NCBI GenBank assembly: GCA_016219115.1
Contig: JACRCH010000007.1
Location: 1 to 47,819, forward strand
Direction: 5' to 3'
DNA: 47,819 nt
Source of the DNA: Deltaproteobacteria bacterium
Lineage (GTDB): Bacteria; Desulfobacterota; GWC2-55-46
Shown piece after piece: positions 1 to 10,180 of this stretch; the stretch's first letter is position 1; each line of letters begins with the position of its first letter. A program made the position numbers and the translations under genes. Below the pieces are notes generated by a model. The model saw nothing but the letters and a program-made list of their open reading frames with translations. It was not told the origin of the DNA and did not search any database.

Positions 1-1
1 C

Positions 2-907
2 TCCGGAAGCCCTGAGCTTGCCCGCGAAGCCCTCAAGATGGGTTTTTACCTGTCGTTCACGGGCGTCATCACCTACCCGAACGCCGAGGGCCTCAGAGAG
101 GTCGTCAAGGCCGTTCCGATAGAGAAGATCCTTGTAGAGACAGACTGCCCGTATCTGCCCCCGGCGCCCGACAGGGGCAAGAGAAACGAGCCCGCCTATA
201 TCATCAGCACCGCCAAAAAGATTGCCTGGCTCAAGGGCTTGAGCCTGAACGACGTGGCGAGGATAACGACGAATAACGCCGAAGACCTCTTCGGGCTTAA
301 AAAGAAAGAGCCCGTAAAGATAGCGTACCCTATAAGGAACTCCTTATACCTGAACATCACCAACAGGTGCACCAACTACTGCACCTTCTGCGCCAAGTTC
401 AAATCCTACACCGTGAAGGGGCACTACTTGAGGCTTTCTGAGGAGCCGACCTTCGAAGAGGTTTTGGCCGCCGTTGGCGACGACCCCGCCAGGTACGACG
501 AGATAGTCTTTTGCGGCTTCGGCGAGCCCCTTATAAGGCTCGATCTCGTAAGGAAGGTCGGGATGCGCTTAAAGAGGATGGGCTGCAAGATAAGGATAGA
601 TACCGACGGGCTTGCGAACCTCGTCCACGGGAAGAATGTCCTGCCGGAGCTCATGTTCGTCGATGTCATCTCCGTCAGCATGAACGCCCCGGACTCCGGG
701 ACCTACCAGAAGATCGTAAAGACGCCGTTCGGGGATGCCGCCTTCCCGGCCATCCTTTATTTTCTGAGAGAAGCAAAGAAGTACATACCAAAGGTAATAG
801 CGAGTGTCGTGGCCGTTCCGGGCCTCGACATTGAGGCGTGCAGGAAGGTGGCTGAAGACGACATCGGTGTCGTCTTCAGGGTAAGGGAGTATGACTCCGT
901 AGGGTAA
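2..907 (+). CDS. tatD: TatD-family hydrolase fused to TatD-associated radical SAM domain (5'-truncated by window)
   Basis: Frame open from window start; TatD C-terminal motifs ETDCPYL and GKRNEP, then YLNITNRC and CxxxCxxC (CTNYCTFC), CGFGEP. Confidence 0.9.
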   Translation, partial: SGSPELAREALKMGFYLSFTGVITYPNAEGLREVVKAVPIEKILVETDCPYLPPAPDRGKRNEPAYIISTAKKIAWLKGLSLNDVARITTNNAEDLFGLKKKEPVKIAYPIRNSLYLNITNRCTNYCTFCAKFKSYTVKGHYLRLSEEPTFEEVLAAVGDDPARYDEIVFCGFGEPLIRLDLVRKVGMRLKRMGCKIRIDTDGLANLVHGKNVLPELMFVDVISVSMNAPDSGTYQKIVKTPFGDAAFPAILYFLREAKKYIPKVIASVVAVPGLDIEACRKVAEDDIGVVFRVREYDSVG

Positions 908-978
908 AAAAACGCTCCGGGGCGCCGCCGTGGCGCTTCCGGAAGATTAAAAGATCCGCCGGGATCAAATTCACGGGT

Positions 979-2085
979 ATGGGTCCAAAGAGGACAATAA
1001 TATTCATTCTCGCCCTTCTCTTCTCTCTGCTGTCTTCGAGCGCCCGCTCTGAAGAGTACGGGTGGGGCGCGGTCGCGATCGTAAACCATCCCGGCTGGCA
1101 GGTCGTCAACTCAAGCTATTCCGTAGACGGCGACACGCTTGTCCTTACCTCGGATGCCGCCCCGAGGATCGTCTCGCCGCCCCTGAACATCCCGGCCTCA
1201 TCCGATGTCCTGGAGATAAGGCTCACGAGCCCCTCGGACGGGGTCGGCGCCCTTGGGCTCGGTTTCCCGGACGGGAGTATCGGCACGAAATACTTCAAGC
1301 TCCGTCCGGGAAAGAGAGACTACAGGCTGTATCTCGGCGACATCGTCAAAAAAGGCCGTATACAGGGATTTGTCGTCGAGTTTCACGGCGGAGAGAAAAA
1401 AGCGTACAGGCTTGAGTCTATCCGCTTCTTCAAGCCTTCAGTCCCTGAGCTTTTGCGGGTCTTCCTGGAGGGGTTCAGTGAGCCCGACATCATAAAGGTA
1501 TCGACCATAAACTCGGTGACCACGCCGGCCTTCGGCCCGCTCTCTTTGATGGCGCTGCTCTACATGTTTATCATTATCCTGACCGCAACGCTTGTCGGAG
1601 TCCGCCTCAACGGCAGAAAGCCCCTGGATAAGCGGTATGCCGTCAGGGCCGTCGTCGTCTCCTTTTTTATCGGGGCGGTCGTATTGACGGTCAGGATGGA
1701 TTACAACTGGGCAGAGTTCTGGGCGCAGGAATCGAGGACGCTCTCCGGAAAAAGCGTGGCCGAGAGGATCAGGGAGGTAAACGGCCCGGAGATAGGCTCT
1801 TTCCTCATGTTCATCGATTTTGTCAAAAAGAGCGTGCCCGACGGCAAGTCCGTCGCTCCGGCCACGCTGCCCGAAGGCGAGCAGCTTGCCGCCATGGCGC
1901 GGTATTACCTGCTGCCGGTAAAGACTTCATCAAAGCCCGATTACCTGTGGTTGTATAACGAGGCGGAGGTCTATTACGACCCGATGACCTCGTCGCTTAA
2001 AAAGAACGGCGTTCCGATAGCCGCGCCTGTGAGGCCGTTCAAGGCCTATACCGCCAACTCGGCCGTTTATGAACTTATAAGGTAG
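979..2085 (+). CDS. Hypothetical membrane protein (signal peptide, extracytoplasmic domain, two TM helices, C-terminal domain)
   Basis: 368-aa ORF with N-terminal signal-like segment and two hydrophobic stretches; no recognised motif. Confidence 0.65.
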   Translation: MGPKRTIIFILALLFSLLSSSARSEEYGWGAVAIVNHPGWQVVNSSYSVDGDTLVLTSDAAPRIVSPPLNIPASSDVLEIRLTSPSDGVGALGLGFPDGSIGTKYFKLRPGKRDYRLYLGDIVKKGRIQGFVVEFHGGEKKAYRLESIRFFKPSVPELLRVFLEGFSEPDIIKVSTINSVTTPAFGPLSLMALLYMFIIILTATLVGVRLNGRKPLDKRYAVRAVVVSFFIGAVVLTVRMDYNWAEFWAQESRTLSGKSVAERIREVNGPEIGSFLMFIDFVKKSVPDGKSVAPATLPEGEQLAAMARYYLLPVKTSSKPDYLWLYNEAEVYYDPMTSSLKKNGVPIAAPVRPFKAYTANSAVYELIR

Positions 2086-2089
2086 AGAG

Positions 2090-3478
2090 ATGGAACTTCT
2101 GACTATACTTTTCGCTCTTATGATACCATCTCTTACGGGCGATCTGCTGGTGAGCGCAGTTCTGGGCGAAGACGCAACGGTCTTTGAGAAGGTCTTCTTC
2201 GGCTACGGCGCGGGCCTCGGCGTCCTCTCGTACGAGATGTTTATACTCGGCCTTCTGCGGGTCCCGTTCACGGCGCTTCTCATAACGGCGGTCCAGATCG
2301 TCATCATAGCCGTTCTTGTGGTACTGCGTTTCCGAACGAAGGCAGGCGGCAGGAAGGCCCCGATGGAGCGCTCCGGCATAAGCAGAGCCGCGCTTGTTCT
2401 GGCGGCTCTCCTTTCCGTGTGGGTCCTGGTAAAGCTCGGCTTCGTATTTCACGAGTCGGTAACCCGCCCGATATACTCGTGGGATACATGGGCGAACTGG
2501 TCGGCCGGGGCGAAGCTCTTTTTCTACGGCCACGGACTTATCCTCGACAAGACGAGCGAGAACTTCTTCGGGAGCGGTTACAGGCCTTTTCTCGGCCATC
2601 CGCTCCATTCCGTGCTCCTGCAGGTATACAGCGCCCTGTGGCTCGGCGGTTTCCACGAGACATACGTCAAGTTATGGACCTTCTTTTACTTCGTCTCGAT
2701 GCTCGGGATAATGTATTTCGCCATAAAGAGGGAGGCCGGGCTTTTCTACGGGGTCGCAGGGGTCTTTTTCTTAAGCAGCCTCCCGCTTTTGACCTATCAC
2801 GCCCAGGACGCGTACTCGGATTTCCCGCTGGGATGGTATTCGTTCGCCGCCGCCGTTTCGTTCTGGAGGTACATGAGGTCGGATAACAGGAGGTTTCTCA
2901 TCATCTCGGGCGCATTTCTCGGCATGGGGATGTTCGTTAAGAACGAGGGGCTGTTTTTCCTCGCGGCCATCGGAGCGGCGCTCTTGCTCTATTCGATACT
3001 CGAAAGAAAGCCCCTGATAACAAACCTCCTTTACCTCGCCCTGCCCGCCCTTTTACTGGCCGGGCCGTGGCTTGTCTTCAAGACCGTAAACCACTTCGGC
3101 TTCGGCCATACGGGTTCCGGGCTTAAGTGGCTTGGAGACCCCAATATACAGGGAGGCGCAAAGACCGGAGTGCACTGGGATATAATCGTCCCGGCCTTCA
3201 AAGAGGTCTTCCTGACCGCAAACTTCAGCCTGCTCTTCCCGTTCTGGATAGTGATATCCGTAATCGGGCTCCGCTCTGTGGCAAGAAGCGAGATAAAATA
3301 TCTGGACCTCGTCGTATTTATTGTGATGACGGGCTTTGTCTTCGTCTACCTCACGCTTGAGAGGATGAGCGTCCTGGAGGCCACCGGCATACACAGGAAC
3401 ATCCTCACCTACGCCCCGATAATGCTCTTTTCATCGGCCCTGACCCTGAACGGGGTCATGCAAAGGTGGAGGGGCTGA
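2090..3478 (+). CDS. Polytopic membrane protein, GT-C/ArnT/PMT-like glycosyltransferase
   Basis: Many TM helices, WDxWxxW motif after the early TM block, YSDFPL and KNEG motifs typical of GT39-like proteins; 4 nt after the upstream ORF. Confidence 0.65.
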   Translation: MELLTILFALMIPSLTGDLLVSAVLGEDATVFEKVFFGYGAGLGVLSYEMFILGLLRVPFTALLITAVQIVIIAVLVVLRFRTKAGGRKAPMERSGISRAALVLAALLSVWVLVKLGFVFHESVTRPIYSWDTWANWSAGAKLFFYGHGLILDKTSENFFGSGYRPFLGHPLHSVLLQVYSALWLGGFHETYVKLWTFFYFVSMLGIMYFAIKREAGLFYGVAGVFFLSSLPLLTYHAQDAYSDFPLGWYSFAAAVSFWRYMRSDNRRFLIISGAFLGMGMFVKNEGLFFLAAIGAALLLYSILERKPLITNLLYLALPALLLAGPWLVFKTVNHFGFGHTGSGLKWLGDPNIQGGAKTGVHWDIIVPAFKEVFLTANFSLLFPFWIVISVIGLRSVARSEIKYLDLVVFIVMTGFVFVYLTLERMSVLEATGIHRNILTYAPIMLFSSALTLNGVMQRWRG

Positions 3479-3518
3479 GGTTTTTCCGCCCATCCGGCAC
3501 AAGACCCCACATCCTTCT

Positions 3519-3547
3519 TTGACACTCCGGCCCCTTAATGCTATGCT
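3519..3547 (+). promoter_or_regulatory. sigma70 promoter for era-der-yihY
   Basis: TTGACA-17 bp-TATGCT with extended -10 TG. Confidence 0.65.
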
Positions 3548-3670
3548 AATGGATTATGGTAATAAACCCTTGTCTGGCTTAAAAAACCCGGGGTTTTCAG
3601 GCCGTTAAAAAGAGCCATGGGCGTTGAAGCCCGGTTTTGGTTATTGACATGGAGGAGCCCGGGACAAAAG

Positions 3671-4549
3671 ATGGCTTTCAGATCAGGTTTTATTTCGATT
3701 ATAGGCAGGCCGAACTCAGGCAAATCGACCCTTCTTAACGCCTTTCTGGGCGAGAAGATCTCGATAGTCTCCGATAAGCCGCAGACTACAAGGAATGTCA
3801 TAAGGGGGGTCAAAAACCTCAAGGACTGCCAGGTGATATTCATCGATACTCCGGGGATACACAGGGGCAAGGGGCTTTTAAACGAGTTCATGGTAAGAGA
3901 GGCTCTGTCCTCCATCAAGGATGTCGACGGGGTGGTCTATCTCGTGGAGGCCGACAAGTCCGTCTCCGAAGACGACCGCTACATTATAGAAGGGCTCAAA
4001 AGGCTTAAATGCCCGGTGGTGCTCGGGTTGAACAAGGTCGACAGGGTGGAAAAAGGGAAGATACTTCCGCTCATGGACGAGTTCTCGAAGAGGTATCCCT
4101 TCAAGGAGATAGTCCCGATCTCGGCCTTGAAGGGCGACGGCGTGGAGCTGCTCCTGAGGATTATAACGGAGCTGTTGCCGGAGGGGCCGAGGTACTTCCC
4201 CGAAGACTCGGTGACGGACCTGCCGGAGAGGTTCATAGCGGCCGAGATGGTCAGGGAAAAGGTCTTCTTATTTACCGAAAAAGAGGTGCCTTATTCGGTC
4301 GCCGTGGCTATAGATAAGTTTGAGGATAAAAAAGAGATCATATCCATCTCGGCCACGATAAACGTGGAGAGGGACTCGCAGAAGGGGATCATCATAGGCA
4401 AGGGCGGCTCCATGCTCAAACGCATCGGGAGCGCCGCCAGGCACGACATCGAAAGACTGCTCGGCTCGAAAGTATATCTTGAGTTGTTCGTAAGGGTGCA
4501 GAAGGAGTGGACGAAAAAACCGGGCGCGCTCAAGGACTTCGGCTATTGA
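3671..4549 (+). CDS. era: GTPase Era
   Basis: GRPNSGKS, QTTR, DTPG, NKVD and C-terminal KH domain (GIIIGKGG); ATG at 3671 matches the usual N-terminus. Confidence 0.97.
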   Translation: MAFRSGFISIIGRPNSGKSTLLNAFLGEKISIVSDKPQTTRNVIRGVKNLKDCQVIFIDTPGIHRGKGLLNEFMVREALSSIKDVDGVVYLVEADKSVSEDDRYIIEGLKRLKCPVVLGLNKVDRVEKGKILPLMDEFSKRYPFKEIVPISALKGDGVELLLRIITELLPEGPRYFPEDSVTDLPERFIAAEMVREKVFLFTEKEVPYSVAVAIDKFEDKKEIISISATINVERDSQKGIIIGKGGSMLKRIGSAARHDIERLLGSKVYLELFVRVQKEWTKKPGALKDFGY

Positions 4550-4649
4550 GTCCAGGTCAATGGATACTCCCAGCGGTTAAAAAAACCGGGGTCTTAAGAG
4601 AGTTGAAAAAATAAATGATCCAGTTCAGGAAGGCATTTTGTCTCAGGGG

Positions 4650-5960
4650 ATGAAACCGATAGTAGCGATAGTGGGCCGGCCGAATGTCGGCAAGTCGAGC
4701 CTTTTCAACAAGCTTATAGGGAGACATAAGGCGATAGTCGTCGACGAGCCCGGTGTCACCAGGGACTTGAACTTCGCCGATATGGAGGAGTTCGGAAAGG
4801 CCTTCACGCTTGTCGATACCGGCGGTTTCGAGTCGGTGACCGAAGACAGGATAATGAGGCAGGTCCGCGAGCAGACCCGTCTTGCCATCGAGGACTCCGA
4901 CGTCATAGTATTTCTCATGGACGGAAGAACAGGCCCCACGGCCGACGACCAGGAGATTGTAGAGCTCTTAAGGAAGGTCTCCAGGCCCGTCATCTACGCC
5001 GTCAACAAGCTCGATACGACAAGGCTTGACGCCAACCTCGGGGACTTTTACGCCCTCGGGATAACCGCGGTCATACCGGTATCCGCCGAGCACGGCAGGG
5101 GATTAAACGAGCTTGTCGACGCCGTCATTGAAAACCTGCCTGAGAGGCAAGTCGTCGAGGACACGGAAGAACGCGTAAGGGTGTCGATAGTCGGAAGGCC
5201 TAACGTCGGGAAGTCGTCGCTTCTGAACAGGATAATAGGCAAGGAGAGGTCGATAGTAAGCGATATAGCCGGCACTACCAGAGACCCCGTGGACATGCCT
5301 TTTGACGCCGGCGGCAAGAAGTACCTCTTCATAGACACCGCGGGCATCAGGAAGAAAAACAGGGTGAGCCTGACGGTGGAGTCCTACTGCGTGATGGAGG
5401 CGATAAAGTCCATCGAGCGCTCCGACGTGGCCATACTGGTCCTTGACGGCAAACTCGGGGTGCAGGGGCAGGATGAAAAGATAGCGGGCCTCATAGAGGA
5501 CAGGAAGAAGTGCTGCGTAATAATCGTAAACAAGTGGGACCTCGTGGAAAAGGAGACGCATACGGTGGAGTACGCGAAAGAGGCGATACACAATAAGCTC
5601 CCGTTCCTCGCGTTCGCCCCGGTGTTGTTCACCTCGGCCCTTACGGGCCAGAGGGTCCCGAAGGTGCTTGAGACGATCGACGCAGTCGTCGAGAAGAGCA
5701 GGACGCGCATCACCACCTCGAACCTCAACAACGTCTTTGAGTCCATCCAGACGCGCCACCGCCCGTCCGTGTACAAGGGCAAAGAGGTCAAGTTCTACTA
5801 CATAACGCAGTCCGGGGTGGCCCCGCCGACCTTCGTCATATTCACCAACTGGCCGGAAGGGGTGACCGAGCCTTACAAGAGGTACATCGTAAACAGCCTC
5901 AGGGAGGCCCTGGGGCTCGATAATGTCCCGATAAGGGTCCTATACAGAAAGAGACAGTGA
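4650..5960 (+). CDS. der: Ribosome biogenesis GTPase Der (EngA)
   Basis: Two tandem G domains (GRPNVGKS twice; DTGG/DTAG; NKLD/NKWD) plus KH-like C-terminus. Confidence 0.97.
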   Translation: MKPIVAIVGRPNVGKSSLFNKLIGRHKAIVVDEPGVTRDLNFADMEEFGKAFTLVDTGGFESVTEDRIMRQVREQTRLAIEDSDVIVFLMDGRTGPTADDQEIVELLRKVSRPVIYAVNKLDTTRLDANLGDFYALGITAVIPVSAEHGRGLNELVDAVIENLPERQVVEDTEERVRVSIVGRPNVGKSSLLNRIIGKERSIVSDIAGTTRDPVDMPFDAGGKKYLFIDTAGIRKKNRVSLTVESYCVMEAIKSIERSDVAILVLDGKLGVQGQDEKIAGLIEDRKKCCVIIVNKWDLVEKETHTVEYAKEAIHNKLPFLAFAPVLFTSALTGQRVPKVLETIDAVVEKSRTRITTSNLNNVFESIQTRHRPSVYKGKEVKFYYITQSGVAPPTFVIFTNWPEGVTEPYKRYIVNSLREALGLDNVPIRVLYRKRQ

Positions 5961-5969
5961 CGCCCGCTT

Positions 5970-6833
5970 ATGAGGAAGACTCTCTCGACTATCTGGAAAG
6001 GGTTAAAGCTCTTTATCGACAACAACTGCATGACGAGCGCGGCGGCCATATCCTTTTACGCCTTCTTCTCGCTCATACCGCTCATGATACTCATAACCGC
6101 CTCGCTCGGTTTCGTCATGGGCACTCACGCAGGGCTTCTCGACAAGGTCGTAGCGATGGTCAGGGAAGGGCTTCCGTACTTAAGCGAGAGGATTGTAAAT
6201 GACCTGAGGGGGCTCTCGAAGACATGGAAGTCGTACGGGTGGCTGGGGCTGTTGTTTCTCCTGTACAGCACCGAGATGGTATTGGAGGCGACCTCCGAGG
6301 CCCTGACGGCCATATTCGGCACGGCAGAGCGCTACGGTTTCGTAAGGAGGAAGATACTCAACTTCTTTGTCCTTCTTCTGGCCGTCATAGCGTCGTTCTT
6401 CTCCGTTCTCATGACGGCCGTGAGCATAATATTCACAAGGCACACCATAGAGCTTGCCGGGGTAAAAATCCTCATCACGCTCATCGACAGCCTGGTATTC
6501 AAACTGGTGCTCCCGTTTTTCCTCATGACCTGCATGGTGGCGCTGGTCTTCAAGATGCTCTCCGGGCCTAGCATGAACCTGAGATACTCTTTCTACGGGA
6601 GTATCCTTTTTACGGTCCTCTGGGAGTCGGCAAAGCAGCTTTTCGCCTGGTACATCTCGAATTTTGGCACTTACAACAAGTTTTACGGGTCTCTGGGGAC
6701 CATGATGGTGCTTCTTCTATGGATATTCTACTCCTCCAATATATTCCTTTTCAGCGCGTGCATAGCCAAGACCGCCCATGACAACAAGGGCGCCGGCAGG
6801 GTCAACCGCAGGGCGTGGCGGTCCAAAAGATGA
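5970..6833 (+). CDS. YihY/virulence factor BrkB family membrane protein
   Basis: AAAISFYAFFSLIP and YGSLG..LLWIFYS motifs, about six TM helices. Confidence 0.88.
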   Translation: MRKTLSTIWKGLKLFIDNNCMTSAAAISFYAFFSLIPLMILITASLGFVMGTHAGLLDKVVAMVREGLPYLSERIVNDLRGLSKTWKSYGWLGLLFLLYSTEMVLEATSEALTAIFGTAERYGFVRRKILNFFVLLLAVIASFFSVLMTAVSIIFTRHTIELAGVKILITLIDSLVFKLVLPFFLMTCMVALVFKMLSGPSMNLRYSFYGSILFTVLWESAKQLFAWYISNFGTYNKFYGSLGTMMVLLLWIFYSSNIFLFSACIAKTAHDNKGAGRVNRRAWRSKR

Positions 6834-6887
6834 TAATAATCATGTAAATACGGCGTTTTGGAACGGATGCCTGCATGAAGATTTCTA

Positions 6888-6916
6888 TTGTAAAGTCAAC
6901 AAATATATGACAAAAT
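6888..6916 (+). promoter_or_regulatory. Possible sigma70 promoter for ftsH operon
   Basis: TTGTAA-17 bp-CAAAAT with TG extension in an AT-rich gap. Confidence 0.4.
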
Positions 6917-6962
6917 AATTTCTGGTTTTTTTTAATGCGTAATAACAACGAGAGGCCGATAG

Positions 6963-8846
6963 ATGAACCAACTCTATAAGAACATAGCGATGTGGATCAT
7001 TATTATTGCCACTGTTTTGCTCATGTTCAACCTTATAAGTTACAAACAGCCTTCCTCCGAGAAGATGAACTTCAGTGATTTCATCGCTAACGTAGGGAAC
7101 AACAACGTCGCCGAGGTCACGATCCAGGGCAACGATATTACCGGAAAACTCAAGGACGGCAAGCAGTTCAAGACCTTCTCCCCGCAGTACCCTGATCTTG
7201 TAGGGAAACTGAGCGCCGCCGGGGTGAAGATAACGGCCGAGCCGGTGGTGGAAACGCCGTCATGGGGCGCTATCTTCGTCTCATGGTTCCCGATGATACT
7301 CCTGATAGGCGTCTGGATATTCTTCATGCGCCAGATGCAAAGCGGCGGCGGGAAGGCCATGAGCTTCGGCAAATCCAGGGCCAAGCTACTCACTGAAAAC
7401 CAGCACAGGGTGACCTTCAAGGACGTGGCCGGCATCGACGAGGCCAAGGACGAGGTAGAGGAGATAATAGAGTTCCTGAAAGACCCGAAAAAGTTCACCA
7501 GGCTCGGCGGAAGGATCCCCAAGGGAGTCCTGCTGGTGGGCTCCCCTGGCACCGGCAAGACGCTTCTGGCCAAGGCCATAGCCGGCGAGGCCGGAGTGCC
7601 GTTTTTCTCGATATCGGGGTCGGACTTCGTCGAGATGTTCGTCGGGGTGGGCGCCTCAAGGGTCAGGGACCTTTTCGTGCAGGGCAAGAAAAACGCCCCC
7701 TGCATAATATTCATCGACGAGATAGACGCCGTCGGCAGACACAGGGGCGCGGGTCTTGGGGGAGGCCATGATGAGAGGGAGCAGACCTTGAACCAGCTCC
7801 TGGTCGAGATGGACGGCTTTGAGAGTAACGAGGGTGTCATCATAATCGCGGCCACAAACCGCCCGGATGTGCTTGACCCGGCGCTCCTGCGTCCCGGAAG
7901 GTTCGACAGGAACGTGGTCGTGCCCAAGCCCGACATGAAGGGCAGGGAAGAGATATTGAAGGTGCACGCCTTGAAGACGCCGCTGGCCGAGGACGTCAGC
8001 ATGGATATCATAGCCAGGGGCACCCCCGGGTTTTCGGGGGCGGACCTCTCGAACCTCGTCAACGAGGCTGCTTTACTCGCCGCCAGGCGCGGCAAGGAGA
8101 GGATCGAAAAGGTCGAGTTCGACGACGCCAAGGACAAGCTCCTGATGGGCAGCGAAAGAAGGTCGATGATAATAAGCGAGTCCGAGAAGAGGAATACCGC
8201 TTATCACGAGGCGGGCCACACGCTCGTGGCCAGGCTCATCCCCGGCACCGACCCCATCCACAAGGTCTCCATCATACCCAGGGGCATGGCCCTGGGGTTG
8301 ACCCAGCAGCTCCCGATAGACGAGAGGCACACCTACAGCAAGGAGTACCTCATAAACAACATCTCGGTGCTCATGGGGGGCAGGGCCGCCGAAGAGCTGA
8401 TATTGAAACACATGACCACCGGGGCCGGCAACGACATAGAAAGGGCCACCGAGATCGCCCGCAAGATGGTCTGCGAGTGGGGGATGAGCGATAAGCTCGG
8501 CCCCCTTACCTTCGGCAAGAAGGAAGAGCATATATTCCTCGGCAAGGAGATGACCCAGAGAAGGGACTTCTCCGAGGAGACCGCCGTGGAGATAGACACT
8601 GAAATAAAGGGCATCGTCACGGGCAACTATACAAGGGCCAGGAAACTCATAGAGTCCAATGTAGGCGCTCTCCACAGGCTCGCGACGGCTCTTCTTGAGA
8701 AAGAGGCCCTTGACGCCGTGGAAATAGACAGGCTCATCTTCGAGGTCTCGGACAAGGGGCCAGGGGACACGGCGCCCGGTGACGCCGGAAGGCCTGATGA
8801 TATCCAGCCGGCGGACGCCGCCAGTCTCGGCGTAGGCGTAAAATGA
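6963..8846 (+). CDS. ftsH: ATP-dependent zinc metalloprotease FtsH
   Basis: Two N-terminal TMs, [18 protein letters not shown] ([19 protein letters not shown]), HEAGH. Confidence 0.98.
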   Translation: MNQLYKNIAMWIIIIATVLLMFNLISYKQPSSEKMNFSDFIANVGNNNVAEVTIQGNDITGKLKDGKQFKTFSPQYPDLVGKLSAAGVKITAEPVVETPSWGAIFVSWFPMILLIGVWIFFMRQMQSGGGKAMSFGKSRAKLLTENQHRVTFKDVAGIDEAKDEVEEIIEFLKDPKKFTRLGGRIPKGVLLVGSPGTGKTLLAKAIAGEAGVPFFSISGSDFVEMFVGVGASRVRDLFVQGKKNAPCIIFIDEIDAVGRHRGAGLGGGHDEREQTLNQLLVEMDGFESNEGVIIIAATNRPDVLDPALLRPGRFDRNVVVPKPDMKGREEILKVHALKTPLAEDVSMDIIARGTPGFSGADLSNLVNEAALLAARRGKERIEKVEFDDAKDKLLMGSERRSMIISESEKRNTAYHEAGHTLVARLIPGTDPIHKVSIIPRGMALGLTQQLPIDERHTYSKEYLINNISVLMGGRAAEELILKHMTTGAGNDIERATEIARKMVCEWGMSDKLGPLTFGKKEEHIFLGKEMTQRRDFSEETAVEIDTEIKGIVTGNYTRARKLIESNVGALHRLATALLEKEALDAVEIDRLIFEVSDKGPGDTAPGDAGRPDDIQPADAASLGVGVK

Positions 8847-8955
8847 AGCCTTCCGGGGGCCTGAAGCCGGGGCTTCAAACCTTTGGAAAATAAGATCCGG
8901 TCAGGGCCGGCCTTTTGCGCCGGACGCACCATAAAGTATCCGGGCGGAGACCCTT

Positions 8956-10131
8956 TTGAGGTTACCTGTCAGATGTCTTGAAATAACTTCCGTAGAAAGA
9001 TCGCTTTCCGAGATGGAGCGGATGGGTGTGGACCCAGCAGGCTTCCGTTTCCTGACCCCGAAACAACTCCATTACAACCTGAAGGTCGAAGGTCTGACCG
9101 AGGGACAGGCAAAGACAATCAAAGAGGACGCTCTTAAGGCGCCCGCTCCGGTGACTGTGGCTGCCGGGGCCTCGGGAATGATCCTTTCCGGCACGCTCGA
9201 CGGGCTACGCTCCCTCATAGACAGCCTTAAAAAGAGGCCTCAGGCCTCCGTGGTCGCGCTTTGCCTGGGTGAGGCGCTCGATAACAGCCTCAAAGACGAG
9301 TTCATCATCCCCGGGCGCAAAAAAGACTTAAAGGTCGGACCCGCCACGGTCATCATGGGCATACTTAACGCGACCCCTGACTCCTTCTCCGACGGCGGGC
9401 TCTTTTTAGATAAGGGCAGAGCAGTGGAGAGGGCCTTTGAGATGGCCGAAGACGGCGCCGACTGGATAGACATCGGCGGCGAGTCGACACGGCCCGGGGC
9501 TTCCCCGGTTACTCTCAAGGAAGAGCTTGAAAGGGTCATACCCGTTGTCGAGGCCGTCGCGCTCAGGGGGTTTACCGTCTCTATAGACACCACAAAGGCG
9601 GAGGTGGCAAAAGAGGCCCTCGAAGCCGGCGCCTCTATCGTAAACGATGTGAGCGCCTTTGGGATGGACGAGAGGATGATTGGGGTGTGCGCCGGGTATG
9701 CCTGTCCCGTGGTCCTCATGCACATGAGGGGCACTCCGCGGACGATGCAAAAGGACGTGAGCTACGGAGACCTTGTCTCCGAGGTCTACGGTTATCTCTC
9801 CTCAAGGGTGGAGTTCGCCGTGGAAAACGGGATAGAGAGGAACAGGGTCATAATAGACCCCGGTCTCGGATTCGGGAAATCGGTTGAGGGCAATTTGAGG
9901 GTCGTGAAGGAGTTAAGGGAGTTCAAGTCCCTGGGCCTGCCGGTCCTCATAGGGCCTTCAAGGAAATCCTTCATAGGAAAGACCCTCGGGTCGGATACGG
10001 CCGGCAGGGTTTCCGGCACGCTTGCCGTTTCCGTCATCTCGATACTCAACGGGGCGAATATAGTGCGCGTGCACGACGTAAAAGAGGCTAAAGAAGCGGC
10101 CCTTCTGGCCGACGCGGTAAAAATGGGTTAA
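8956..10131 (+). CDS. folP: Dihydropteroate synthase with N-terminal extension
   Basis: MGILNATPDSFSDGG, GGESTRPG, DPGLGFGK, SRKSF, RVHDV; start codon uncertain. Confidence 0.93.
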   Translation: MRLPVRCLEITSVERSLSEMERMGVDPAGFRFLTPKQLHYNLKVEGLTEGQAKTIKEDALKAPAPVTVAAGASGMILSGTLDGLRSLIDSLKKRPQASVVALCLGEALDNSLKDEFIIPGRKKDLKVGPATVIMGILNATPDSFSDGGLFLDKGRAVERAFEMAEDGADWIDIGGESTRPGASPVTLKEELERVIPVVEAVALRGFTVSIDTTKAEVAKEALEAGASIVNDVSAFGMDERMIGVCAGYACPVVLMHMRGTPRTMQKDVSYGDLVSEVYGYLSSRVEFAVENGIERNRVIIDPGLGFGKSVEGNLRVVKELREFKSLGLPVLIGPSRKSFIGKTLGSDTAGRVSGTLAVSVISILNGANIVRVHDVKEAKEAALLADAVKMG

Positions 10132-10180
10132 GGTCTTTTATTTGAGCCGCCTGCTCCATGAGCGTAAAAACGGTTAAACG

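Noticed and set aside
7040-8137. Long antisense ORFs opposite ftsH, lpdA, atpA, atpB and others
   Set aside because: Expected shadows of high-GC codon bias opposite well-conserved genes
8956-9330. FolP N-terminal extension as a novelty
   Set aside because: Long-form FolP with such an extension is familiar from deltaproteobacterial and other anaerobe genomes
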